Part shown: positions 38,480-46,285 of the stretch, one piece after another | How positions within the stretch are numbered: the stretch's first letter is position 1 | Layout: the number at the start of each line of letters is the position of its first letter | Sequence record: SRR20825019_1319 | Reading direction: 5' to 3' (one strand) | Length of the DNA stretch: 48,319 nt | Notes under the pieces: model-generated | Told to the model about the DNA's origin: nothing | Seen by the model: only the letters and a program-made list of their open reading frames with translations | Database searches by the model: none | Translations under genes and position numbers: made by a program

Positions 38480-38505
38480 CGTCTCGCGTCGTAACTCGGA
38501 CCGTT

Positions 38506-39876
38506 TTATTCTCCACCCAGCTTGAGGCGGTCCATTTCCACAAAGCTGGTGTAGGGTGAGGTAACAACCCGTTCACCTACCTCAAGGCCTTCAAGTACCT
38601 CGATGTAGCGGGAGTTGCGGCGGCCAAGGCGCACATTGCGCTTAACGGCCTGATCACCTTCGGGGGTCACAACAAAAACCCAGTTGCCGCCTGTGTCCTG
38701 ATAGAAGGCACCGTTCGGGATAAGGGTCGCTTTGGTCGCATCCCCGAGAGTAAGTTTGGTTTGCAGGGTCTGGCCGCGACGGATGCCTTCTGGCTGTTCG
38801 CCCTCAAAGACAAAGTCCACTTCAAACTGGCCATTGGCGACCTGCGGATAAATTTTCGCGATCTGCATGGTGAAGTTATCACCACCACGTTCAAAATTGG
38901 CTTCCTGCCCCAAGTCTACACGGCCCAGGTAAAATTCGTCGATATTCGCGGTGAGTTTATAGTTCTCCGGGTCATCGATCTGACCAAGCCGACCACCACG
39001 ATTGATACTTTGACCAATTTCAACATTGAAGCCCGAGAGCTTGCCGTCCACCGGCGCACGTACATTCAGTGCTGACAGGTTTTTACGTGCGTACACAAGG
39101 CTTGTTTCCAGCTGGTCACCACTGGTTTTCAGGAACTTGAGTTGAGTTTCCTGCAACCGCGCATCAGTCGCCTGGCTTTCAAGCGTTATGGCGCGGCGGT
39201 TACGGTAATACTCAAGTTCATCTTCGGTTTGATCAAGCTGAGACTGTGAGATCGCATTGGTTTTGATCAGCTCACGCTCGCGCGTTACCTGACGCTCCAG
39301 CCGCTTGATCTGGTAGTTGATTTCCACGAGGTTGCGCTTGTGTGAGAGCCGGTTCTGCTCGAGGCTCAACTCAATAGTGCGCATATTGTTAAGCTGCTCT
39401 GTCACCAGCGCTTCGTTGCGTGTCACCTCTAACTGAAGTGTGGTATTGGAAAGCTCGACAATCAGCTCACCCTTCTTCAGCATGGTGCCATCTTCCACCA
39501 GCACGCGCTCAACGCGCCCACCTTCGATCGCATCAAGGAAGACCGTCTTGAGGGGGGTCACCCGGCCACGAACGGGAATAAAATCCTCAAACGTGCCCTC
39601 TGTCACAGTAGAAACAACGATCCGGCCTTCTGCGACCTTGAAGCTGCGTCCACCGGATGCGTCCATCACGACCGTGGCAATCAGCACCACAAGCCCCACA
39701 GCCCCCACGGCAATGGCGAGCTTCTTCCATGGTGCTTTTTTCTTTTCTACCCTGCGGTCCATTCCCGAGCCGGTCACTGCTCCTCCAGGTGTGCGGGTCG
39801 CGCCTCCGTGCATCGAAACTGTACTGTCATTTTTTTGCTTTTTTTCCATATCGGTCACTGTACCCATTGCTGTCAT
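38506..39876 (-). CDS. Periplasmic adaptor (membrane fusion protein, MacA/HlyD-like)
   Basis: N-terminal TM anchor, lipoyl halves (EGGRVERVLVEDG; VRAPVDGKL), long alpha-hairpin and IEVLEGLEVGERVV. The start may be 39867 or 39849. Confidence 0.93.
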   Translation of the reverse strand: MTAMGTVTDMEKKQKNDSTVSMHGGATRTPGGAVTGSGMDRRVEKKKAPWKKLAIAVGAVGLVVLIATVVMDASGGRSFKVAEGRIVVSTVTEGTFEDFIPVRGRVTPLKTVFLDAIEGGRVERVLVEDGTMLKKGELIVELSNTTLQLEVTRNEALVTEQLNNMRTIELSLEQNRLSHKRNLVEINYQIKRLERQVTRERELIKTNAISQSQLDQTEDELEYYRNRRAITLESQATDARLQETQLKFLKTSGDQLETSLVYARKNLSALNVRAPVDGKLSGFNVEIGQSINRGGRLGQIDDPENYKLTANIDEFYLGRVDLGQEANFERGGDNFTMQIAKIYPQVANGQFEVDFVFEGEQPEGIRRGQTLQTKLTLGDATKATLIPNGAFYQDTGGNWVFVVTPEGDQAVKRNVRLGRRNSRYIEVLEGLEVGERVVTSPYTSFVEMDRLKLGGE

Positions 39877-39912
39877 CCATTATCGGCGTTTTGCCCTGTG
39901 AAGGGATATAGC

Positions 39913-39927
39913 GCAAAGCCCGTGCCA
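39913..39927 (-). promoter_or_regulatory. Sigma54 (-24/-12) promoter of the MFP-ATPase-permease operon
   Basis: Minus strand TGGCAC-GGGCT-TTGC, an exact match to TGGCAC-N5-TTGC, about 37 bp upstream of the MFP ORF. Confidence 0.92.
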
Positions 39928-39966
39928 GAATTTAGATCATTGAAATATATAGACATTTTGTAAAGA

Positions 39967-40053
39967 TGTGCGATATCGGACACAAAATACTGTACGATAA
40001 CGAACACACTGTGTACGGTATCGAACAACAAAAAAGACATTCGGGGACGGACA
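39967..40053. promoter_or_regulatory. Enhancer (UAS) array: three palindromic TGTnCG-N4-CGnACA boxes plus one partial box
   Basis: TGTGCGATATCGGACA (39967-39982), TGTACGATAACGAACA (39991-40006), TGTACGGTATCGAACA (40012-40027) and partial CATTCGGGGACGGACA (40038-40053). Confidence 0.85.
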
Positions 40054-40055
40054 AA

Positions 40056-41468
40056 ATGGCAGCCAATGACGGTAGAATCCTGATCGTTGATGACGATGAG
40101 GATATCCTTGTCGCAGGGAAGCTCCTGCTCAAACGCCACTATGGCACCGTGGTCACCTGCAACAAGCCAGAGCTTGTGCCCGACCTACTGGCTGAACAGA
40201 GTTTTGATGCCATTCTTCTCGATATGAATTTCGGTCCCGGCGAAAGCTCTGGCGACCAGGGTTTTTACTGGCTGTCTCGTATTCTGGAGATCGACCCGCA
40301 GGCTGTTATAGTGATGATCACGGCCCACGGCGGCGTTAATGTTGCTGTTGAAGCAATGAAAAAGGGGGCGACCGATTTTATCGCCAAACCCTGGCAAAAT
40401 GAGAAGGTAGTTGCGACCCTGTCCGCCAGCGTGAAGCTGAGGCGTAGTCGTTCGGAGGCTGAAGAACTTAAAAAAACCAACCGCACACTGGCGAAAGCCG
40501 TGAGCGCGTCAAATCAGCCGATCCTTGGTCACAGCAAAGCCATGAAAGACGTGCTTTCAATGGTTGACCGTGCAGCACCTACGGACGCCAACGTCCTCAT
40601 TCTGGGTGAGAACGGCACCGGTAAGGAACTGATTGCCAGAGAGCTGCACCAGCGCTCACTGCGAGCAGAGAATGTATTCATGTCGGTGGATATGGGAGCG
40701 GTGACCGAAAGCCTGTTTGAAAGCGAGCTTTTTGGCCACAAAAAAGGTGCTTTCACAGACGCGCGCGATGACCGTATTGGTAGGCTGCAGGCCGCAAATG
40801 GCGGCACGCTTTTCCTTGATGAAATTGGCAACCTGCCGCTGCATCTGCAAGCCAAATTGCTGACGGTACTTGAGCAGCGCAAGGTGGCTCCCGTTGGTTC
40901 TGACAAGGCTGTACCTATCGATGTTCGCGTAATCGCTGCAACCAACGTTCCAATGCAAAAATTGCGCGATGAAGATGTTTTCCGGCAAGATCTTCTCTTC
41001 CGCCTCAACACCGTTGAGATTACGCTGCCTCCCCTGCGTGCACGCAAGGAAGATATTCCGGAAATTGCAGAATTTTACGCTGGCCAATACGCGCGCAAAT
41101 ATAGCGCTCCTACGAAATCATTCTCGGATGATGCCTTACACGCAATTGAACAGTATGGCTGGCCCGGTAACGTACGCGCCCTAAGGCATGCGATAGAACG
41201 CGCAGTCATTCTCTCTGAGGGTGACATGTTTGAACCGCAGGATTTTCAGCTTGATGAGCAACCCAACCAGCCGGGCGCGGTCAAAGAAGTAAAGCCGGAT
41301 GCGCCCGCCGTGCAACTGTCCGATGACGACCTTAATCTGGAGCGCCTTGAGCGCCGCGCCATTGAAGAGGCACTAAAAAAACACCGCTATAACATCAGCC
41401 ACGCCGCCAAGGACTTGGGTCTGACCCGCGCGGCCCTCTATAGAAGGATGGAAAAGCATGGGCTTTAA
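40056..41468 (+). CDS. Sigma54-dependent response regulator (NtrC/AtoC family)
   Basis: REC (ILIVDDD, LLDMNF, FIAKPW), GENGTGKE, GAFTDA, WPGNVRAL and Fis HTH NISHAAKDLGLTRAALYRR. Start set to ATG 40056. Confidence 0.93.
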   Translation: MAANDGRILIVDDDEDILVAGKLLLKRHYGTVVTCNKPELVPDLLAEQSFDAILLDMNFGPGESSGDQGFYWLSRILEIDPQAVIVMITAHGGVNVAVEAMKKGATDFIAKPWQNEKVVATLSASVKLRRSRSEAEELKKTNRTLAKAVSASNQPILGHSKAMKDVLSMVDRAAPTDANVLILGENGTGKELIARELHQRSLRAENVFMSVDMGAVTESLFESELFGHKKGAFTDARDDRIGRLQAANGGTLFLDEIGNLPLHLQAKLLTVLEQRKVAPVGSDKAVPIDVRVIAATNVPMQKLRDEDVFRQDLLFRLNTVEITLPPLRARKEDIPEIAEFYAGQYARKYSAPTKSFSDDALHAIEQYGWPGNVRALRHAIERAVILSEGDMFEPQDFQLDEQPNQPGAVKEVKPDAPAVQLSDDDLNLERLERRAIEEALKKHRYNISHAAKDLGLTRAALYRRMEKHGL

Positions 41469-42810
41469 AAAATTCAGCCTGATGCTCGCTGGCAGGATGG
41501 CGCTGATCATGCTCTCGCTGCTCGCGCTCACCTATGTTGTTGTTGTGCCCGGATATCACGCGGCCACGCTGCTTGTATTCTTCGTGGTTTGTGGCCAGAC
41601 GTGGGAGGTTATCAATTTTGTTGCCAAAACCAACTCGGAGATCACTCGTTTCCTCGATGCCGCCCGCTACGCTGATTATAGCCAGCGCTTCAACCTTCAT
41701 AGGCTTGGTGCGGGGTTTGGGGAACTTGGCGAAACCTTCGGCGATATCCTCAACCGGTTTCAGGAGGCTCGCTCAAGCAAGGAAGAAGAACTCCGGCACC
41801 TGAAGGCTCTTATTGAGCATGTACCCGTGCCCCTGCTTTCCGTACACGCGAGCGGCTCGGTGACGCTTTGGAACAACGCTGCAAGGCGGCTTTTCGGCAG
41901 CGCACATGTGACACAGCTTCGAGATTTCGATCAATTCGGTACAGACTTCGGCAAACAGGTACGGCAGTTGGAGGCGGGCGATAAGCGCCTCGCCAGCTTC
42001 ACCAGCGACGACATGACCCTCAAGCTCGCAATTGTGGCCACCCAGATTATTATCGGGGGCCATAGCGAAAAGCTCGTCAGCCTGCAAAACATCCAGAGCG
42101 AACTTGACGTGGCGCAATTGCAAGCATGGCAGGATCTGGTTCGTGTGCTCACGCATGAGATCATGAACTCAATCACACCGGTGGCCAGTCTAGCCAAAAC
42201 TGCCGTGGACCTTGTGGATGATGTGACCGAGAAGGTCGCTTCCCGTCCTGAAATTGTTGAGGAGCTTGGCGACGTCAAGGACGCTGTTACCACGGTCGCC
42301 CGACGGTCAGACAGTCTGATGCAATTTGTTTCCAGCTACAGAAGCCTTACCCGGCTGCCCCCGCCAGAGAAACACCTGCTAAGGCTCGATGACTTGTTTA
42401 ACGCTGTCGCCAAGGTGGGAACCATCGGGTGGGATGAGAAGAACATTGGTTTTTCCTCCCACGTGGAACCACAGGAACTGGACGTTACCGCCGACCGAGA
42501 CATGCTCGAACAGGTGTTGATCAACATGCTGAAAAACGCTGAGCAAGCCATGGCGGGCCGCGAGGGTGCCGCGCTTCACATGAATGCCAGGCTCAACCGC
42601 CGCGGCCATGTGATCATCGAGGTTTCAGACACCGGCCCCGGCATTCCTGCAGACATCGCCAAGAAGATATTTGTGCCGTTTTTCACCACAAAACGCGACG
42701 GTAGCGGCGTGGGTCTCGCCCTCACCCGGCAAGTGATGATCGCGCATGGCGGCAATGTAAGCGTAGGCGAGCGAGACGGTGGCGGCGCTAAATTCACTTT
42801 GACCTTCTAG
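41458..42810 (+). CDS. Sensor histidine kinase with two closely spaced TM helices and a cytoplasmic PAS-like domain
   Basis: H-box LTHEIMNSITP, N-box QVLINMLKNA, DTGPGI and FVPFFTTKRDGSGVGL; overlaps the regulator by 11 nt. Confidence 0.93.
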   Translation: MGFKKFSLMLAGRMALIMLSLLALTYVVVVPGYHAATLLVFFVVCGQTWEVINFVAKTNSEITRFLDAARYADYSQRFNLHRLGAGFGELGETFGDILNRFQEARSSKEEELRHLKALIEHVPVPLLSVHASGSVTLWNNAARRLFGSAHVTQLRDFDQFGTDFGKQVRQLEAGDKRLASFTSDDMTLKLAIVATQIIIGGHSEKLVSLQNIQSELDVAQLQAWQDLVRVLTHEIMNSITPVASLAKTAVDLVDDVTEKVASRPEIVEELGDVKDAVTTVARRSDSLMQFVSSYRSLTRLPPPEKHLLRLDDLFNAVAKVGTIGWDEKNIGFSSHVEPQELDVTADRDMLEQVLINMLKNAEQAMAGREGAALHMNARLNRRGHVIIEVSDTGPGIPADIAKKIFVPFFTTKRDGSGVGLALTRQVMIAHGGNVSVGERDGGGAKFTLTF

Positions 42811-42905
42811 CTACAAAACCGACGGGGCCATCGCTCCGATCTTGAAAAAACCATTATTGAGGTGAAAGCTGATTCTTAGGCAACCTATATGGTGGGGGAT
42901 TTCTG

Positions 42906-43394
42906 ATGACTGTTCATATAGACAACGCAGCATCCAAGCAACGCCGCACTACGCGAGCGGCTACAGCGTCACCATCTATTTTAGCACAAAATCGGTTTCG
43001 CCTCGGCATGACACTTATCTTCACCGTGACAGCGCTTCTGCTCATCGCCGGTGTTATGCCAGTTCAAGCGCAGAAGCTTTCCAGCGGTGACTATGCTCAG
43101 TGCGCGGTCTATGAGGGAGATGAGCTTGTCGGTCATGATAGCGTGTGTCTCGCTGAAAAGCGCGCAGCACTACGCTATCTGGATCGGAGCCCCCGGCATC
43201 ACCACCGTGATGAGGCCTATCCCGTTTACGGGCAACCGTATCGCTGCCCGAGTTGGGCCAATGGGGGCAGTGGTTATAACGCCACCTTCTTCACAGACGG
43301 GCGTCCGCCCATATATGCGGGAACGTTTGATGCCACCCTTAACGGCAGACCTTGCCTGTCATATCCCAATTACCTGAACCGAGGTTACTACTAG
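42906..43394 (+). CDS. Hypothetical exported protein with four Cys, rich in Gly/Tyr/Pro
   Basis: Hydrophobic signal-like segment ending VQA-Q; GGGGA RBS; fills the gap between the kinase and Lrp genes. The true start could be the later Met of MTLIF. Confidence 0.65.
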   Translation: MTVHIDNAASKQRRTTRAATASPSILAQNRFRLGMTLIFTVTALLLIAGVMPVQAQKLSSGDYAQCAVYEGDELVGHDSVCLAEKRAALRYLDRSPRHHHRDEAYPVYGQPYRCPSWANGGSGYNATFFTDGRPPIYAGTFDATLNGRPCLSYPNYLNRGYY

Positions 43395-43401
43395 GCGACC
43401 C

Positions 43402-43827
43402 TCAGCTTTCTTTCTTGGCTGACAACACCAACGATGTGGTAGTTTTCATGACACCGTTGATGGCGAGGATGAAATCAAGCGTCTGGTCGATCTCTTCCAT
43501 CGTCGGGGCTTTGACGATCGCGATCAGGTCGTAAGCCCCGCTGACCACATAAAGTGTCTTGATCGGGGCATGCGTTTTCATCAGGCCAATCGCCTGCTGG
43601 GCGTATTTCTGGTCGATCGATAAAAGAACATGTGCGGAGATGAGCTTGCCTTCAAACTCCTCATGCTGCTTCACGGTAAAACCGGAGATGACTTTACGCT
43701 CAACCAGCTTGTTGATCCGGTCCTGCACAGTGGAGCGGGAGAGCCCAAGTTTACGTGCCAGCGAAGACGTTGCTTCCCTGCTGTTCAGTGTCAGAAGCTT
43801 GAGCAGTTTTTCGTCGGTTTTATCCAA
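43402..43827 (-). CDS. Lrp/AsnC-family transcriptional regulator
   Basis: DKTDEKLLKLLTLNSRE...LARKLGLSRSTVQDRINKL HTH; RAM domain VSGAYDL...TTTSLVL; TTG start with a GAGGAG RBS. Confidence 0.93.
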   Translation of the reverse strand: MDKTDEKLLKLLTLNSREATSSLARKLGLSRSTVQDRINKLVERKVISGFTVKQHEEFEGKLISAHVLLSIDQKYAQQAIGLMKTHAPIKTLYVVSGAYDLIAIVKAPTMEEIDQTLDFILAINGVMKTTTSLVLSAKKES

Positions 43828-43900
43828 AATTCATCTCCTCCAGGCACCGCACAAATCATCCCGCACGCCGTTTTGTGACCCAAATTTATGATCACCATAT

Positions 43901-43940
43901 CAACGGAAAAAAACGACATTTACCGTTAATTTGACGGAAT
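43901..43940. promoter_or_regulatory. Helically phased CG-centred repeats, putative Lrp/AsnC binding array
   Basis: caaCGgaaaa aaaCGacatt tacCGttaat ttgaCGgaat: CG at 43904, 43914, 43924 and 43935; includes the CCGT-N7-ACGG palindrome. Confidence 0.5.
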
Positions 43941-44011
43941 AAATATACCATATCGCTATTCATTGCCATCACTTTCACGATTAGAGTCGTCGTAGGGACG
44001 GAGTAATGTAA

Positions 44012-45109
44012 GTGAGTAGTGGGATGAAAAAGCTGACAATCTGGCTTCGCGATGAAGCCCGCATGACCGAGCGCCGCACGCCTCTTTTGCCGGAAGGTGC
44101 AAAGGAGTTGATGGCCGCTGGTATTGATGTCGTTGTTGAAAAATCAGACAAACGAATCTTCAAAAATGCGCTCTATGAAAACGCCGGTTGCACCATGGCG
44201 GAGCCAGGCGCCTGGGAACAGGCACCGACAGACGCGGTTATCCTCGGCTTGAAAGAGCTACCCGCTGCGCCGCGCGCGCTTGAACACACCCATATCTATT
44301 TTGCCCATGCCTTCAAAAAGCAAAGTGGCTGGCAAAGCCTGCTAACCCGTTTCATGCGGGGTGGCGGCTCGCTTCTCGATATCGAATATATGAAGGGCGA
44401 CGATGGTCGCCGGGTTGCTGCTTTTGGATTCTGGGCTGGTTATATGGGGGCCGCCCTTGCCCTGCTGCAATGGCATGACCAGAAGGTCGGCCGCCCGTCT
44501 TACATCAATGAAGGGCTTATGCCCCACGAAAGCGCAAAAGCGCTGGACCATCTTATCTCAAGCCGTGCAATGGCTGGTGAAAAGCCCACAGCGCTTGTCA
44601 TCGGCGCCGGTGGGCGCAGCGGTTCTGGCGCCATCAAAATCCTTGAGCGCCACGGCGTAGAGGTAACAAAATGGGGCAGAGCAGAGACCAAAGATGTCGA
44701 CCGCGAAGCCATCCTGGGCCACGATCTCCTGATCAATTGTGCTTATGTCACGGGCCACATCCCGCCGTTTCTGGCACCGCACCACATCAAGGCAGACAGC
44801 CGCCTCAAGGTTATCTCAGATGTGTCCTGCGATCCGTTCAGCGACTATAATCCGCTGCCGCTATACAGTGCGCCGACTTGCTGGAAAACGCCTGCAATTG
44901 CCGCGAAAAGCCATGAAGGTCGCGTGGATTTGATCGCGGTTGATAATTTGCCGTCTTTATTGCCAACAGAAGCAAGTATAGAGTTCGCCACCATGATGCT
45001 GCCTTATCTAAAATCGCTCAGAGACCGCGCACAGGACCCGGTTTGGGTTAACTGTAACGCATCCTATCAGCACGCCTGTGACACCATGACAAAAAGCGAG
45101 GTAGCATAA
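44012..45109 (+). CDS. Saccharopine dehydrogenase, lysine-forming type (LYS1-like; lysine-ketoglutarate reductase)
   Basis: WLRDEARMTERRTPLLP, ILGLKELP, HIYFAHAFKKQSGW, LLDIEY...GRRVAAFGFWAGY, GAGGRSGSGA, DVSCDP and AVDNLPSLLPTEAS. Confidence 0.9.
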   Translation: MSSGMKKLTIWLRDEARMTERRTPLLPEGAKELMAAGIDVVVEKSDKRIFKNALYENAGCTMAEPGAWEQAPTDAVILGLKELPAAPRALEHTHIYFAHAFKKQSGWQSLLTRFMRGGGSLLDIEYMKGDDGRRVAAFGFWAGYMGAALALLQWHDQKVGRPSYINEGLMPHESAKALDHLISSRAMAGEKPTALVIGAGGRSGSGAIKILERHGVEVTKWGRAETKDVDREAILGHDLLINCAYVTGHIPPFLAPHHIKADSRLKVISDVSCDPFSDYNPLPLYSAPTCWKTPAIAAKSHEGRVDLIAVDNLPSLLPTEASIEFATMMLPYLKSLRDRAQDPVWVNCNASYQHACDTMTKSEVA

Positions 45110-46275
45110 TGGCTGAAGGAAAACACATTCACTGGATTGGGGCAGGCCTTGCATCAGGGCCCGGGCTTGTCGCCCTCGCCGCGGAACTCGGCAATGTCAC
45201 CGTATGGGATATGGCAGATACCCGTGCTAAAATGCTGCAAAGCCAGGTACCGGGCGACAAGACACTTGATATCGGCACGCTGGATTTAAGCGATGATGTA
45301 TCTGTCAGAGCCTTCAAGGAACGGATCAACACAGGCGATGTTATCGTCTCCATGCTACCCGCTGCACTCCATGTGGTGGTGGCTGAGATTGCGCTTGAAG
45401 CGGGCACACATCTGGTAACATCAAGCTATGTGGATGCACCAATGGCTGCGCTTGACGCCCAGGCGAAGGCAAAAGGGCTCGCGTTCGTAAACGAAGTGGG
45501 GCTCGACCCGGGTATCGACCATCTGTTCGCCCATGTCCTTATTGGTGCAGCGCGCGAGGCAGACGTTCTGGGCAAAGGCCATGAAATCGACTTCGTCTCG
45601 CACTGCGGCGGTGTACCTGCGGAGAAAACTGACTTTACCTACAAGTTTTCATGGACGCCTTTTGGCGTATTGAAGGCCCTTACCAACCCGGCCCGCTGCA
45701 TTGAAAACGGTGCGGAGAAAATAACCGACAAGGTATGGCATGCGGTCTCCGAGCTTGATGTGGGTGGGGAAACGTTTGAGGTTTACCCCAATCGCAACAG
45801 CATTCCCTATATTGAGGAATACGGCCTTGACGGTGAGGAAAACCTGCAGACCTTTGTACGTGGTACCCTGCGGCTTGCAGGCTGGAAAGACGCATGGGCT
45901 GATATCTTCACCGAGGTTGAAACCGCCGATATCAGCAGCCTGAAGGCGCTTTCTGAGCAGCTTTCGCGTGACCACAGCTACGCAGAAGGTGAAAAAGACC
46001 GTGTTGTCCTTTATGTGGCCCTGAACGCACGCGATAAAGATGGTCAGGATATCTGGTCTGCCTCTCTTGCGCTTGACGAGGTTGGCAGCGGATGGCAGAC
46101 CGCTATGGCACGTACGGTTTCGTTCACTGTTGCTGAGGCGGTGAAGGCAGTTTTACGCGGTACATTTGCACCCGGCGTTCATGCCGCGCTGACAGACTCG
46201 GGTGAGGCCAAACACTGGCTGCGCGGGCTGAAAGATGCGGGCCTGAATATTCGCGCGGAAAATATCAAGCTTTGA
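45109..46275 (+). CDS. Saccharopine dehydrogenase, glutamate-forming type (LYS9-like)
   Basis: HWIGAG, VSMLP...H, VTSSY, NEVGLDPGIDH, SHCGG, YKFSWTP, YPNRNS, RGTLR and TAMARTV; TAATG coupling to the upstream gene. Confidence 0.9.
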   Translation: MAEGKHIHWIGAGLASGPGLVALAAELGNVTVWDMADTRAKMLQSQVPGDKTLDIGTLDLSDDVSVRAFKERINTGDVIVSMLPAALHVVVAEIALEAGTHLVTSSYVDAPMAALDAQAKAKGLAFVNEVGLDPGIDHLFAHVLIGAAREADVLGKGHEIDFVSHCGGVPAEKTDFTYKFSWTPFGVLKALTNPARCIENGAEKITDKVWHAVSELDVGGETFEVYPNRNSIPYIEEYGLDGEENLQTFVRGTLRLAGWKDAWADIFTEVETADISSLKALSEQLSRDHSYAEGEKDRVVLYVALNARDKDGQDIWSASLALDEVGSGWQTAMARTVSFTVAEAVKAVLRGTFAPGVHAALTDSGEAKHWLRGLKDAGLNIRAENIKL

Positions 46276-46285
46276 GGTGACATAA

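Noticed and set aside
39967-40053. Regularly spaced 16-bp repeats as a mini-CRISPR
   Set aside because: Repeats are too short, the gaps are only 5-10 bp and there are no cas genes; they are better explained as enhancer-binding sites.
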